A DNA stretch of 64,000 nucleotides, taken from NCBI GenBank assembly GCA_007692425.1, contig RECG01000014.1:9654-73653 (forward strand). The letters run 5' to 3'. Source of the DNA: Acholeplasmataceae bacterium. Lineage in GTDB: Bacteria > Bacillota_I > Bacilli_A > Acholeplasmatales > Acholeplasmataceae. How positions within the stretch are numbered: position 1 is the first letter of the stretch; every line of letters starts with the position of its first letter. A program made the translations under genes and the position numbers. The notes beneath the pieces were generated by a model. That model had not been told where the DNA came from. It searched no databases and was given only the letters and a program-made list of their open reading frames with translations. Shown piece by piece: positions 28,597 through 40,694 of the stretch.

Positions 28597-29648
28597 AACT
28601 AAAAATTGTCAACCAGTCAACCAAGGTCGGTGACGTCGATATCGTCGTCATTGACAACCAAAAAGGACTCAGGGTCAGACTGACCTCTTATGGGGCTGCC
28701 ATTCACCGCATCCAGATGAAAAACGGCAATGGCCATCATGATGATGTCGTCGTCGCCCCCATTGATGTCAATGATTTTTTAGTCTCCGATTTTTACTATG
28801 GCAAGTTGGTCGGCCGCACCAGCGGAAGGTTGCATGCCCCGAGTTATCAAATTGCCGATAAACAATATCCGGTCACGCCTTTCGGCGGTAAGACCAGCAA
28901 GCTCCATGGTGGCGAAAAAGGATTTTCCTTCCAGCATTTCACCATCGAGGAGCAGGTCGTCGAGTCTGACCATGCCTCGGTCACGTTCCGCTATTTCAGT
29001 CAACATCTCGAAGAAGGTTATCCCGGCAATCTCGAGGTGCTCGCCACCTACACTTTAGATGTCCATGACCGTCTGACCTTGGATATCAAGGCTAAAAGCG
29101 ACCGGGACACCTTGTGCAACATCACCAACCACGCCTATTTCAACATGGGACTGCCCAAAAACAAGATTTACGACCATGAACTGATGATCAAGGCCTCACG
29201 CTTTTTAGACATCAAGCCGGACTTCACACTCAAGGCCGTCAGGCCGGTCGAAGGCACGCCTTGGGATTTCAGGACACCGGTCCGCCTGGGCACGGCCATG
29301 GAGAAGATGCTCGATACGCCTTTTGGTGGTTTTGACCACAACTGGCTTTTCGATGACCATGGTCCTGAGACACCGGTCATCGACCTCTATGAACCGGAAA
29401 CCGACCGGGGGCTGCAAATGTTCACGACCTATCCAAGTGTCGTCGTCTATACGCACAACCGTCTTTCGTCCGCCTATCTCAGACAGGTGCCAGGTGAAAG
29501 CCATCATGCCAGCCTGGCAATCGAATGCCAATATGAACCGGGTGGTATCCACCATCCGGAGCTTTCCTCCGCGATTTTGCCGGAAGGAAAGCCATATCAT
29601 CACCAGATCGTTTATCAGTTTTACCGTAGGAAACATCATGAAGCTTGA
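28593..29648 (+). CDS. galM: Aldose 1-epimerase (galactose mutarotase)
   Basis: Typical HGG..GF and NITNHAYFN blocks. ATGA overlap with galK. Confidence 0.9.
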   Translation: MKLKIVNQSTKVGDVDIVVIDNQKGLRVRLTSYGAAIHRIQMKNGNGHHDDVVVAPIDVNDFLVSDFYYGKLVGRTSGRLHAPSYQIADKQYPVTPFGGKTSKLHGGEKGFSFQHFTIEEQVVESDHASVTFRYFSQHLEEGYPGNLEVLATYTLDVHDRLTLDIKAKSDRDTLCNITNHAYFNMGLPKNKIYDHELMIKASRFLDIKPDFTLKAVRPVEGTPWDFRTPVRLGTAMEKMLDTPFGGFDHNWLFDDHGPETPVIDLYEPETDRGLQMFTTYPSVVVYTHNRLSSAYLRQVPGESHHASLAIECQYEPGGIHHPELSSAILPEGKPYHHQIVYQFYRRKHHEA

Positions 29649-31116
29649 ACACTACGTCAACATCCTGGTCACCTATGGCCTTGATCATCATCTGTTTTCA
29701 ATGTCTGAAACAGACAAGGTCGTCAAAAAATTGGCCAAGGTGCTCGGCCTCAAACCATGGACATTCCAACCGGACCGTCCGGGCTATAATCTTGAAACCA
29801 TCGTCAACCCCTTGCTTGACCATGCTTTCAAAAGGGGTCTTTTCAGCGTGGACACCATCCATGAACGCGACGCATTTGAAGCCCTCATCATGGATGCCAT
29901 GATGCCTTCACCAAAGGTCGTCAAAGACCGTTTCAAAGTCCTTCACGACCGTGACCCTGAAAAGGTTACCCGCTATCTATATGACATGTCTGTCGCGGTC
30001 AACTATATCAAGGCTGACCGGCTCAGACAAAACATCAAATGGATCCACCCAAGCCCTTATGGTGACCTGCAGATGACCATCAACCTGGCCAAACCGGAAA
30101 AAGATCCCAGGGATATCGCGGCCGCCAAACAGACAGAAGCCGTCAAGCAAGACGACATCCCTTTGTGTGTCCTTTGCAAGGAAAACGAGCAAAACTACCA
30201 CAATGCCAGGATGAACCTGCGCATCGTGCCCGTCACCTTGGGCGAGGAACGCTGGCATTTCCAGTTTTCACCTTATTTGTATTACAACGAACATGCCATC
30301 ATCCTGCATGACGTGCACAAGCCAATGCAGATCAAACCAAAGACTTTTACCTATCTTTTGGATTTCCTGGACTTGTTTCCCGGTTATTTCATCGGTTCCA
30401 ACGCCGATCTGCCGATTGTCGGCGGTTCGATTTTGAACCATGACCATTTCCAGGCCGGACGCCATGTCTTTCCCATTGAAGAAGCGACCATCGACAAAGC
30501 GTTCGACACCAATCTTGACATCAACATCGAGGCGGTCAACTGGCCGATGTCGACCGTCCGCCTGCAAAGCCAGGACCGTGGCCTGCTTGCCCGCACCGCC
30601 ACCCGCTTTTGGGAAGCCTGGCAGACTTATGAGCATCAAGCCTTGGATATCATCGCCAAGACCCATGGTGAACCCCACAATACCGTGACGCCGATCGCCA
30701 GATTGAAAGACGGTGTTTATACGCTCGATCTCATCTTGCGCAACAACCGCACCTCTGAGGCACATCCCTTGGGCATTTTTCATCCTCATGCCGATGTGCA
30801 GCACATCAAAAAAGAAAACATCGGCCTGATCGAGGCGATGGGTCTTGCCATCCTGCCCGGCAGGCTGAAAGAAGAACTGGGCTTGATCCTGGAAGCGCTC
30901 AAGCAACGCGCACCCACTTTGCCAGAGACACTTAAGCATCACCAGGACTGGTATGAGACGCTTGAGAGACAAGACATCCGTGAAGAGGATGGTCTCTTCA
31001 ACGCGGTCGGAACCAGATTCGAACGGGTGCTTGAAGACGCTGGTGTTTTCAAGCGCGACCAGGCAGGACAAGAGGCTTTCCATCATTTCATTGAAACGGT
31101 CATCCATCCTGAATAA
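29638..31116 (+). CDS. galT: UDP-glucose--hexose-1-phosphate uridylyltransferase (type 2, Gram-positive GalT)
   Basis: 492 aa, typical type-2 GalT length. Start at ATG 29638, overlapping the galM stop. The listed start at 29323 lies inside galM in another frame. Confidence 0.85.
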   Translation: MKLEHYVNILVTYGLDHHLFSMSETDKVVKKLAKVLGLKPWTFQPDRPGYNLETIVNPLLDHAFKRGLFSVDTIHERDAFEALIMDAMMPSPKVVKDRFKVLHDRDPEKVTRYLYDMSVAVNYIKADRLRQNIKWIHPSPYGDLQMTINLAKPEKDPRDIAAAKQTEAVKQDDIPLCVLCKENEQNYHNARMNLRIVPVTLGEERWHFQFSPYLYYNEHAIILHDVHKPMQIKPKTFTYLLDFLDLFPGYFIGSNADLPIVGGSILNHDHFQAGRHVFPIEEATIDKAFDTNLDINIEAVNWPMSTVRLQSQDRGLLARTATRFWEAWQTYEHQALDIIAKTHGEPHNTVTPIARLKDGVYTLDLILRNNRTSEAHPLGIFHPHADVQHIKKENIGLIEAMGLAILPGRLKEELGLILEALKQRAPTLPETLKHHQDWYETLERQDIREEDGLFNAVGTRFERVLEDAGVFKRDQAGQEAFHHFIETVIHPE

Positions 31117-31267
31117 TCGATAAAATCTTGACGCCATGCCATAAGCATGGTATCATTTTTTTAAGAAAGCAATACCGTTTGACATGATCCCTGGGACCAT
31201 GCTTTTGATATTGACCGCACGGGGGACTCATCTGAATCAAACCAAAAAGAGAAATGGAGACACGTTC

Positions 31268-33439
31268 ATGAAAAAATTGACATGGCTGGCTGTTTTTGTT
31301 TTAATGTTGATGGTGCTTGCCGCCTGTAGGGGAGATGGTCTAGAAGAAGTCGAAGCAGTTTTGTCAATTGACGATATTATCTTGGTCGAGGGCCAAAGTC
31401 ACATCATCACATATACGATTACACCCAGTTATCTCCTTTCCCATGATGTGGACATCACTTATTTGATTATGGATCAGTCACCACGCGGATATGGTGTCAT
31501 ATACTTTTCTGGCCACCATCTGGGCGATCTGCTGGAAGCGCAAGAAGCCGGCACAGCGACAATCAAAGCTGTCGCTGTAAATACGCTAGGATCTGACTAT
31601 GTTTTTCATGCCGAAACGACTTTCACGGTCACCGTACTTCCACTAGAAGATTTAGGCGATGAATATGTCAAAAACGGCAGTTTTGAAGATGGCTTGCAAG
31701 ACTGGACCGTTTCATCCTCACATGAGTCTGTTTCCTACTATGCCGCCCCTGTTTCTACCCCACACACCGGGCACTTCGGGTTTGAGATGAATTTTCGCGA
31801 TGAAGGCATCGAGGAACCGATGACCATCACTTTAAGTCAGTCGATCACCTATGTGCCCGCGGGATCCTATCGTTTCTCGCTCTGGTACCAAGGCATGGTG
31901 TTCGCATTGACCATGACGGTCCGCATTGGTTCCGAGGTGGTAGCCACTGAGACATTCAGTGGTGTTGGTTATGATGAAATTCCAGAACATGAGTATTATG
32001 CCAATTTCGGGATCGACGTGTTCGTCCCGACTGATTCTGATCTGACCATCGAGATTCATGTCATCGGCAATAATTTGGAAGATCCCAAAACAAGTTACTG
32101 GGGAATCGTGGACACGGTCAGTTTCCAAAGCGTGCAACTTGTTCATGGCCATGAATTTGTCAAAAATGGTATGTTTGATGACAGTCTGGCCTATTGGCAC
32201 GTCACTTCCTCCGACCCGTCTATCTTGTTTGGTCCCGATGAGTATTATGAGATGCATAGCGGAGACGCGGCATTAATGCTGCATTTTCCTTTCAGTCATG
32301 ATGCTCTGACCTTCACCTTGAGCCAGTTGATCACCGATGTGCCCGCAGGTGTCTATTGGTTCTCATCATGGTACATGGGCAATGTCTTTTCACTGACCAT
32401 GACGGTCTACATCGATGATCAGATTGTAGGCACCGAAACATTCAGTGGTGAAGCATACGATGCTGTTCCCGGACACCATGGATATGCCAATTTCGGGATT
32501 GAAGTGGAAATCGAGGCCGACTCTGACCTGACCATCGAGATTCACATCATCGGCAATCATCTTGAACACTTGTTGGATTTCACCTGGGCTTTTGTAGACA
32601 CCATCAGTTTCAGGGCGTTGCATCTGCCGTATGAACCGGTTTTATCGATTGATGACATCACCTTGGTCGAGGGCGATACACATGTCATCGACTATCAGCT
32701 TTTCCCGGACATCTTTGAAGATGTGCACATCACTTATGAGATCTTGGAACAGACACCGGCTGGCGTGATCTCCATCTCTTCATCGACCCTGTATGCGGAT
32801 GCGGCCGGTACGGCGCTGATCAAGGCGGTCGCTGTCAATGCGCCTGGCGCCGATAGGATTTTCCAGGCTGAAACGACATTTACGGTCACCGTGCTTCCAG
32901 GCGAGGATGAAAACGGCGAACTTGTCAAAAATGGCCGTTTTGATGACGAATTGGCCCACTGGACCATTACAGCCTCGCATGCAGACGTTGATTATGGTCT
33001 CGTCCATATTGAAGAATATACACACAGTGGTCAACATGCTTTATACGTGTATTTCTTCGATGCCGATCAGGCAGAAGAACCGATGACCCTTACCTTGAGC
33101 CAATTGCTTTCTGGTGTCCCCCCCGGTACCTATCTGTTCTCTTTTTGGTACAAAGGGACGGCGTTCTCGTTATCCATGACCGCCTGGATTGATAATTGGA
33201 TTGTCGAAAGCATGTCATTCAGTGGTCAATACTATGATGACAGGCCGTTTGAGAACGGTTATGCTCAGTTTGTCATCGAGGTTTACATCGAAGTGGAATC
33301 TGATCTGACCATCGAAATCCAACTCATCGGTAACAACTCCGAGTATCAGGAGGAGTCTGAGGTCTGGGTCCAGCTCGATACGATCAGTTTCAAAGAAGGC
33401 TATATCGATGACTGGATCATTCCCATGGTTGGGAAGTAA
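31268..33439 (+). CDS. Surface lipoprotein with architecture Big2-like / CBM-like / CBM-like / Big2-like / CBM-like
   Basis: Lipobox LMVLAAC, after RBS TGGAGA. Three units begin E(Y/F/L)VKNG.F.D.L..W and end VDT(V/I)SF. Two Ig-like units contain LSIDDI.LVEG...TFTVTVLP. Confidence 0.8.
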   Translation: MKKLTWLAVFVLMLMVLAACRGDGLEEVEAVLSIDDIILVEGQSHIITYTITPSYLLSHDVDITYLIMDQSPRGYGVIYFSGHHLGDLLEAQEAGTATIKAVAVNTLGSDYVFHAETTFTVTVLPLEDLGDEYVKNGSFEDGLQDWTVSSSHESVSYYAAPVSTPHTGHFGFEMNFRDEGIEEPMTITLSQSITYVPAGSYRFSLWYQGMVFALTMTVRIGSEVVATETFSGVGYDEIPEHEYYANFGIDVFVPTDSDLTIEIHVIGNNLEDPKTSYWGIVDTVSFQSVQLVHGHEFVKNGMFDDSLAYWHVTSSDPSILFGPDEYYEMHSGDAALMLHFPFSHDALTFTLSQLITDVPAGVYWFSSWYMGNVFSLTMTVYIDDQIVGTETFSGEAYDAVPGHHGYANFGIEVEIEADSDLTIEIHIIGNHLEHLLDFTWAFVDTISFRALHLPYEPVLSIDDITLVEGDTHVIDYQLFPDIFEDVHITYEILEQTPAGVISISSSTLYADAAGTALIKAVAVNAPGADRIFQAETTFTVTVLPGEDENGELVKNGRFDDELAHWTITASHADVDYGLVHIEEYTHSGQHALYVYFFDADQAEEPMTLTLSQLLSGVPPGTYLFSFWYKGTAFSLSMTAWIDNWIVESMSFSGQYYDDRPFENGYAQFVIEVYIEVESDLTIEIQLIGNNSEYQEESEVWVQLDTISFKEGYIDDWIIPMVGK
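31360..33400 (+). repeat. Internal domain repeats of the second lipoprotein gene
   Basis: CBM-like units start at 31661, 32153 and 32918. Related DNA runs ctgaccatcgagattca(t/c)(g/a)tcatcggcaat occur near 32041 and 32527. Confidence 0.75.
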
Positions 33440-33505
33440 GATGCTTTCGATGTCTATTTGACGACACCACTTGCTCAGACTGACGCATACCTTGTTACGA
33501 ATCTT

Positions 33506-33540
33506 ATCAAAAAAGCGATCCTCATTCAGGATCGCTTTCT
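33506..33540. terminator. Bidirectional terminator hairpin between the lipoprotein gene and ispG
   Basis: AAAGCGATCCT-cattc-AGGATCGCTTT, flanked by an A-run on one side and T-rich sequence on the other. It overlaps the last codons of ispG. Confidence 0.6.
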
Positions 33541-34589
33541 ATGTGTTCATCATCAAATTGGTCGATTTCCGCCACCAGGACATCATAGACCTCGTCTTCC
33601 CTGATCTTCCTGATGATCTTGCCACGCCTGAACAAGAGCGCTTCGCCCTTGCCACCGGCGATGCCGATGTCGGCATGCGAAGCCTCACCCGGTCCGTTGA
33701 CCGCGCAGCCCATGATGGCGACATTGATGGTCTTGTTGACCTTGAGCAGATACTGCTCGATGCGTTTCGCAATCTCAATCATGTCATACTGGATGCGTCC
33801 GCAGGTCGGGCAGGAAATCAGATTGGGGACTTTGTCCTTCAAGCCGAGATTCTTCAAGATTTCCTTGGCGGCCTGGATTTCCAAAACCGGATTATCTGTT
33901 AAAGAAACCCGGATGGTGTTACCGATACCTTCAGCCAGCAAAATACCGATGCCCATCGCGCTCTTGATCGCGCCACTAAAAGCCGTACCGGCTTCGGTGA
34001 CACCGAGATGAAGCGGATAAGGAAAGGTCTTCGCCGCCAGCCGGTTGGCCTCGACCATCATCGTCATGTCGGTCGCTTTCAGCGACAAGGCAATGTCATG
34101 AAAATCAAGCGATTCCAAAATTTCGATGTGGCCCTTGGCGGTCTTGACCATGTTTTCCGGAGTCGGTTTCATCCGGCCCGGCAGTGACCCGCTGTTAACG
34201 CCGATCCGAATCGGAATGCCTTTCGCCTTGCAGGCTTCGACAACCTCGGCGACATGTTCCCTTTTAGGAATGTTGCCGGGGTTCAAACGGATTTTGTCAA
34301 CACCCTGGTGGATGGCCTCGAGCGCCAGACGGTAGTCAAAATGAATGTCAGCGACCAAAGGGATGCTGATTTGCTTTTTGATGTCGCCCAAGGCATAAGC
34401 GTCTTCCTTGTCCAACACGGCGACACGAACGATATCACAACCGGCCTCCGTCAAGGTCTTGATCTGCTTGACGGTCGCCGCCACGTCCTTGGTATAGGTA
34501 TTGGTCATGCTTTGGATATAAACTTTGTTGTTGCCGCCAAGCTGGTGCGGACCCACCTTGATGGCACGTGTCTCTGTACGATGCATCAA
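33522..34589 (-). CDS. ispG: 4-hydroxy-3-methylbut-2-en-1-yl diphosphate synthase (MEP pathway)
   Basis: Full-length GcpE pattern: IQSMTNT, RVAV, HLGVTEAG and CPTCGR...MGCAVNGPGE. Confidence 0.95.
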   Translation of the reverse strand: MMHRTETRAIKVGPHQLGGNNKVYIQSMTNTYTKDVAATVKQIKTLTEAGCDIVRVAVLDKEDAYALGDIKKQISIPLVADIHFDYRLALEAIHQGVDKIRLNPGNIPKREHVAEVVEACKAKGIPIRIGVNSGSLPGRMKPTPENMVKTAKGHIEILESLDFHDIALSLKATDMTMMVEANRLAAKTFPYPLHLGVTEAGTAFSGAIKSAMGIGILLAEGIGNTIRVSLTDNPVLEIQAAKEILKNLGLKDKVPNLISCPTCGRIQYDMIEIAKRIEQYLLKVNKTINVAIMGCAVNGPGEASHADIGIAGGKGEALLFRRGKIIRKIREDEVYDVLVAEIDQFDDEHIESDPE

Positions 34590-34767
34590 ACCACCTCAAA
34601 TCCCATTATAAACCATCTTCGGCCAAAAGTGATGCATGAGACCTTGTCTTCTTGACCGTATTTCCGTCATTTAGGCATCAAAATGGTAAAATGACACCTC
34701 ACCAGGTTTACTTTCTTGACAAAATCGTTTAAAATAGAACTAACCCATCATCAGGAGGAAACCACAC

Positions 34768-34935
34768 ATGCCAAGAAGAATCACAGACGTTTGTATCGCA
34801 TGCGGTGCCTGCGCGGCCGAATGTCCGGTCGACTGCATTTCCGAAGGCGACATCTACGTCATTGATGAAGATGTCTGCATCGATTGCGGCGCCTGCGAAC
34901 CGGTTTGCCCGGTCGAGGCCATTATCGAAGTCTGA
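34768..34935 (+). CDS. 2x[4Fe-4S] ferredoxin (55 aa), not in the supplied ORF track
   Basis: RBS AGGAGG. Translation contains CIACGACAAECP and CIDCGACEPVCP. Confidence 0.85.
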   Translation: MPRRITDVCIACGACAAECPVDCISEGDIYVIDEDVCIDCGACEPVCPVEAIIEV

Positions 34936-35084
34936 TTATTTTTACTGCTTTCAATCCAATAAAGTGGTCTTTTGACAAGGCCATTTTATTGATGTCTTGC
35001 CGATGCTTGGCAAAATGAGTGAAAATGATTGAAATCAAGCATCGCATTTGCTATACTATATCCGTATGTCTGGAGGGATGAATC

Positions 35085-35234
35085 ATGCGTGACCTGGTTA
35101 AACTGGTATGCACGGAGTGCGGCGACGAAAATTATCACACCACCAAGAACAAGAAGACGACACCCGAGCGTCTCGAAATGAAGAAATATTGCCCGCGCTT
35201 GAGAAAGCACACCATTCACAGAGAAAAGAAATAA
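35085..35234 (+). CDS. rpmG: 50S ribosomal protein L33 (49 aa), not in the supplied ORF track
   Basis: RBS GGAGGG. Translation [49 protein letters not shown]. Terminator CTATTCG..CGAATAG plus T7 follows at 35236-35258. Confidence 0.9.
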   Translation: MRDLVKLVCTECGDENYHTTKNKKTTPERLEMKKYCPRLRKHTIHREKK

Positions 35235-35265
35235 GCTATTCGGTCGAATAGTTTTTTTCTATCCC

Positions 35266-35883
35266 ATGCCCATTACATTCACCTCACACACCGAGGCGGC
35301 CCACACCTACCTTGTCTGCCGCTTCGACACGTGTTATCTGATCGATCCCTCCGATCACGATGAAGCCATCAAAGAAGCACTTGCCGGACGCAGATTGGCT
35401 GGCATCCTGCTGACCCATGCCCACAGCGACCATGTGCATCTGATTGGTGAGTTTGACGCCCCTGTCTTCATACACAAGGCAGACGCTCATCTCCTTTTCG
35501 AAGATGCCCACAATGGTTATGCCCCCGGCAAACATCCTTATAAAAAACGTCTGCTCGACCTGCGTTATGTCGATGACGGTCAACGGTTACCTCTGGCAGA
35601 CCACGCCATCGAGGTGCTTCACACGCCCGGGCATACCAAGGGAAGCGTCTCTTACTTGTATGATCGCGACCTTTTTACAGGCGACACCCTTTTTCAAGGT
35701 TCTGTCGGTCGTCATGATCTCTATTCAGGATCGCTGCCTGAACTGAAGAAAAGCATCATCAGGCTCTTATCACTCCCTGGCGGCACCTGTATCCATCCCG
35801 GTCATGACGCCCCCACAACCATTCGTCACGAACACAAAAACAACCCGTTTTACCAAAAATGGCATCGGCAGATCAAACGATGA
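35266..35883 (+). CDS. MBL-fold metallo-hydrolase (glyoxalase II-like)
   Basis: THAHSDH motif, with downstream HTPGHT and HPGH. Confidence 0.85.
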   Translation: MPITFTSHTEAAHTYLVCRFDTCYLIDPSDHDEAIKEALAGRRLAGILLTHAHSDHVHLIGEFDAPVFIHKADAHLLFEDAHNGYAPGKHPYKKRLLDLRYVDDGQRLPLADHAIEVLHTPGHTKGSVSYLYDRDLFTGDTLFQGSVGRHDLYSGSLPELKKSIIRLLSLPGGTCIHPGHDAPTTIRHEHKNNPFYQKWHRQIKR

Positions 35884-35915
35884 GACGCGCAAGCGTCTTT
35901 TCTTTTCATGTAAAA

Positions 35916-35989
35916 ATAGCACATTATCCTTGACAGTGCCAATTCAATTCGTTACAATAGAGTTGGCACACAATGAAAAAGAGTGCTAA
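35916..35989 (+). promoter_or_regulatory. hrcA-dnaK operon promoter flanked by two CIRCE-like inverted repeats
   Basis: TTGACA (35930-35935), 17-nt spacer, TACAAT (35953-35958). CIRCE-like ATAGCACAT-N9-CAGTGCCAA at 35916-35942 and TTGGCACAC-N9-GAGTGCTAA at 35963-35989. The consensus is TTAGCACTC-N9-GAGTGCTAA. Confidence 0.8.
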
Positions 35990-35996
35990 AAGGGTG

Positions 35997-37016
35997 ATGC
36001 ATGTGCTCAGCAACAGACAAAAACTGATTCTCAAAGCCATCATCGAGGCCTACGTCAAAGATGCCCAGCCGGTCGGTTCCAAAACACTGACCCAGATGCC
36101 TTATCTTGGTTTCTCCAGTGCGACGCTGCGCTATGACATGGCACAGCTCGAAGAACTGGGTTTTTTAGAAAAGACCCACACCTCGAGTGGTCGCGTGCCT
36201 TCGGAAAAAGGTTATCGCTACTATGTCGAACACTTGGTCACCCGCGACCAGGATGTGATCGACTCATTTCCCTTGATCGATGAAGTATTCAGCAAAAACA
36301 AGCTGGTCCGCGAACATGCGGTCGAAGAAGCCATCCATCTATTAAGCGAACTGACCAATTACACCGCCATGGCCATCGGTCCGAGCGGACAAGGCAGCAT
36401 CATTAAAAAGATTGACTTCATCCCCCTGACCGAGGAACAGGCGGTCATCCTGATCGTCACCGACAAAGGTCATGTCCAGCACCAGAGCATCGGCATTCCT
36501 GAAGAAATGGGCATCAATGATCTCAAAGAGGTCATCAAAACCCTTGATGAGCTTTTGAGGGACCGTCCCATCGAACAAGCGAGCCAGATTCTGAAAGCGG
36601 CCTTCGCCAAACGTGAAATCGCCGCCTTCCTGGAATATCAGTCACAACTCATGCACTCGTTCATCAACGCATTCGCCAAATTCGCCCAAGAGAATTTCTA
36701 TCTCTCCGGCATGACCAATGTGTTTGACCAACCCGAGTTCCATGATGTCAAACATGTGAAAAACTTCGTCGACATGCTTGACCGGCGCGAACTGGTCAAA
36801 CTGATCGCCGACAAGAACGGCCTGTCCATCCGTTTCGGCAGCGACCTGCAGCTCATTCCGATGGAAAACTGCACCGTCATTTCGATTCCCTACCGTATCA
36901 GTGACGATGAACATGGGACCATTGCAGTCGTCGGACCGACCCGCATGGCCTACAGCAAGGTCATCCCGCTGGTCGAATACATTGCCAGCAACCTTGGTAA
37001 ACTTTACAACAAATAA
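35997..37016 (+). CDS. hrcA: Heat-inducible transcription repressor HrcA
   Basis: First gene of the hrcA-grpE-dnaK-dnaJ order, with an N-terminal winged-helix pattern. Start moved to ATG 35997 because the listed ATG 35973 lies inside the CIRCE element. Confidence 0.9.
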   Translation: MHVLSNRQKLILKAIIEAYVKDAQPVGSKTLTQMPYLGFSSATLRYDMAQLEELGFLEKTHTSSGRVPSEKGYRYYVEHLVTRDQDVIDSFPLIDEVFSKNKLVREHAVEEAIHLLSELTNYTAMAIGPSGQGSIIKKIDFIPLTEEQAVILIVTDKGHVQHQSIGIPEEMGINDLKEVIKTLDELLRDRPIEQASQILKAAFAKREIAAFLEYQSQLMHSFINAFAKFAQENFYLSGMTNVFDQPEFHDVKHVKNFVDMLDRRELVKLIADKNGLSIRFGSDLQLIPMENCTVISIPYRISDDEHGTIAVVGPTRMAYSKVIPLVEYIASNLGKLYNK

Positions 37017-37022
37017 AGGAAG

Positions 37023-39453
<2,431 letters not shown>

Positions 39454-39500
39454 ACACACGCTAACGACGGCCTCCGCCGTCGTTCGATGGAGTTGAAGCC

Positions 39501-40613
39501 ATGGCCAGCAAACGCGACTACTACGAGGTGCTGGGACTTAAAAAAGGCGCGACTGATGATGACATCAAACGTGCCTACAGGGTCCTGGCCAAAAAATACC
39601 ATCCTGACGTGTCAAGCGAACCGGATGCTGAAACCAAATTTAAGGAAGTCCAGGAAGCTTATGATGTCTTAAGTGATTCAGGCAAACGTGCGACCTATGA
39701 CCAGTTCGGTCATCAGGGCAGTCCTTTCGGTGACTTCGGCGGTGCCGGTTTCGAAGGGTTCGGTGGCTTCAGCGATATTTTCAGCCAGTTTTTCGGCGGT
39801 GGCGCACGCCAACAACGCCAATATGACACCGGTCCGCAACGCGGTGACGATCTTGAACGGGTCATGACCATCGACTTCATGGAAGCCGTCCGCGGCACCA
39901 AGAAGACCGTCAAGGTCGACATCGACGACGCATGTCCCACCTGTCATGGCAGTGGTGCCGAATCCAGTGCGGATGTTGAAACATGTGGCCGTTGCCACGG
40001 CGACGGACACGTCAACGTCGAGCAACGCACGATGTTTGGCACGATGCGCACCCAACAGGTCTGTCCGGTGTGTGGCGGCGCCGGTAAAACGATCAAGAAA
40101 CGCTGTCAGACATGCAACGGCCGCGGCCGTGTCAAGAACACCAAAACGGTCGATGTCAACATTCCGGCCGGCGTGGACAACAACATGTCCCTGAAAGTCG
40201 CCGGTTACGGCAATGGCGGCACCAAGGGCGGTCCACAGGGCGACCTGTACCTGAGTTTCAGGGTGCGTCCCCACAAGGTGTTCAAACGCCAGGCTGACGA
40301 CATCGTGCTCGAAGTGCCCATCACCGTGATCCAAGCGGTCTTGGGCGCCAACGTTGAAATTCCGACCATCTATGGCGATGTCAATCTCAAGATTCCGGCC
40401 GGTGTCCAGCACGGCACGGTCCTACGTATGCGGGATAAAGGCGTGGCGAATGTCCGCACCGGACGCAAAGGCGACCAGCACGTGGTGGTCCAGCTGACGA
40501 CACCGAAAAACGTTTCCTCGCAAGAAAAGAAGTTATACGAGCAACTTGAAAAGCTCGAAATCAAGGAAAAGACATCCAACTGGGAAAAATTCAAAAACCT
40601 GTTCAAGAATTAG
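39501..40613 (+). CDS. dnaJ: Molecular chaperone DnaJ
   Basis: J domain with HPD, a G/F-rich region and four CxxCxGxG zinc-finger repeats. Confidence 0.97.
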   Translation: MASKRDYYEVLGLKKGATDDDIKRAYRVLAKKYHPDVSSEPDAETKFKEVQEAYDVLSDSGKRATYDQFGHQGSPFGDFGGAGFEGFGGFSDIFSQFFGGGARQQRQYDTGPQRGDDLERVMTIDFMEAVRGTKKTVKVDIDDACPTCHGSGAESSADVETCGRCHGDGHVNVEQRTMFGTMRTQQVCPVCGGAGKTIKKRCQTCNGRGRVKNTKTVDVNIPAGVDNNMSLKVAGYGNGGTKGGPQGDLYLSFRVRPHKVFKRQADDIVLEVPITVIQAVLGANVEIPTIYGDVNLKIPAGVQHGTVLRMRDKGVANVRTGRKGDQHVVVQLTTPKNVSSQEKKLYEQLEKLEIKEKTSNWEKFKNLFKN

Positions 40614-40643
40614 CGCTTGCCAAGGCAATCGCTTTTTCTTTTT
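40612..40643 (+). terminator. Rho-independent terminator after dnaJ
   Basis: AGCGCTTGC-caag-GCAATCGCT followed by TTTTTCTTTTT. Confidence 0.7.
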
Positions 40644-40694
40644 AAAGAAAACATGTTATAATTTTTACAGATAATTCAAACGGGAGTGAGAAAA

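Noticed and set aside
31117-31267. A second promoter or riboswitch-like element between galT and the lipoprotein gene.
   Set aside because: Only one hairpin (CCATGC-cataa-GCATGG plus a T-run) overlapping a TTGACG, 17-nt spacer, TATCAT promoter is convincing. The remaining ~100 nt show no conserved riboswitch blocks that I recognise.
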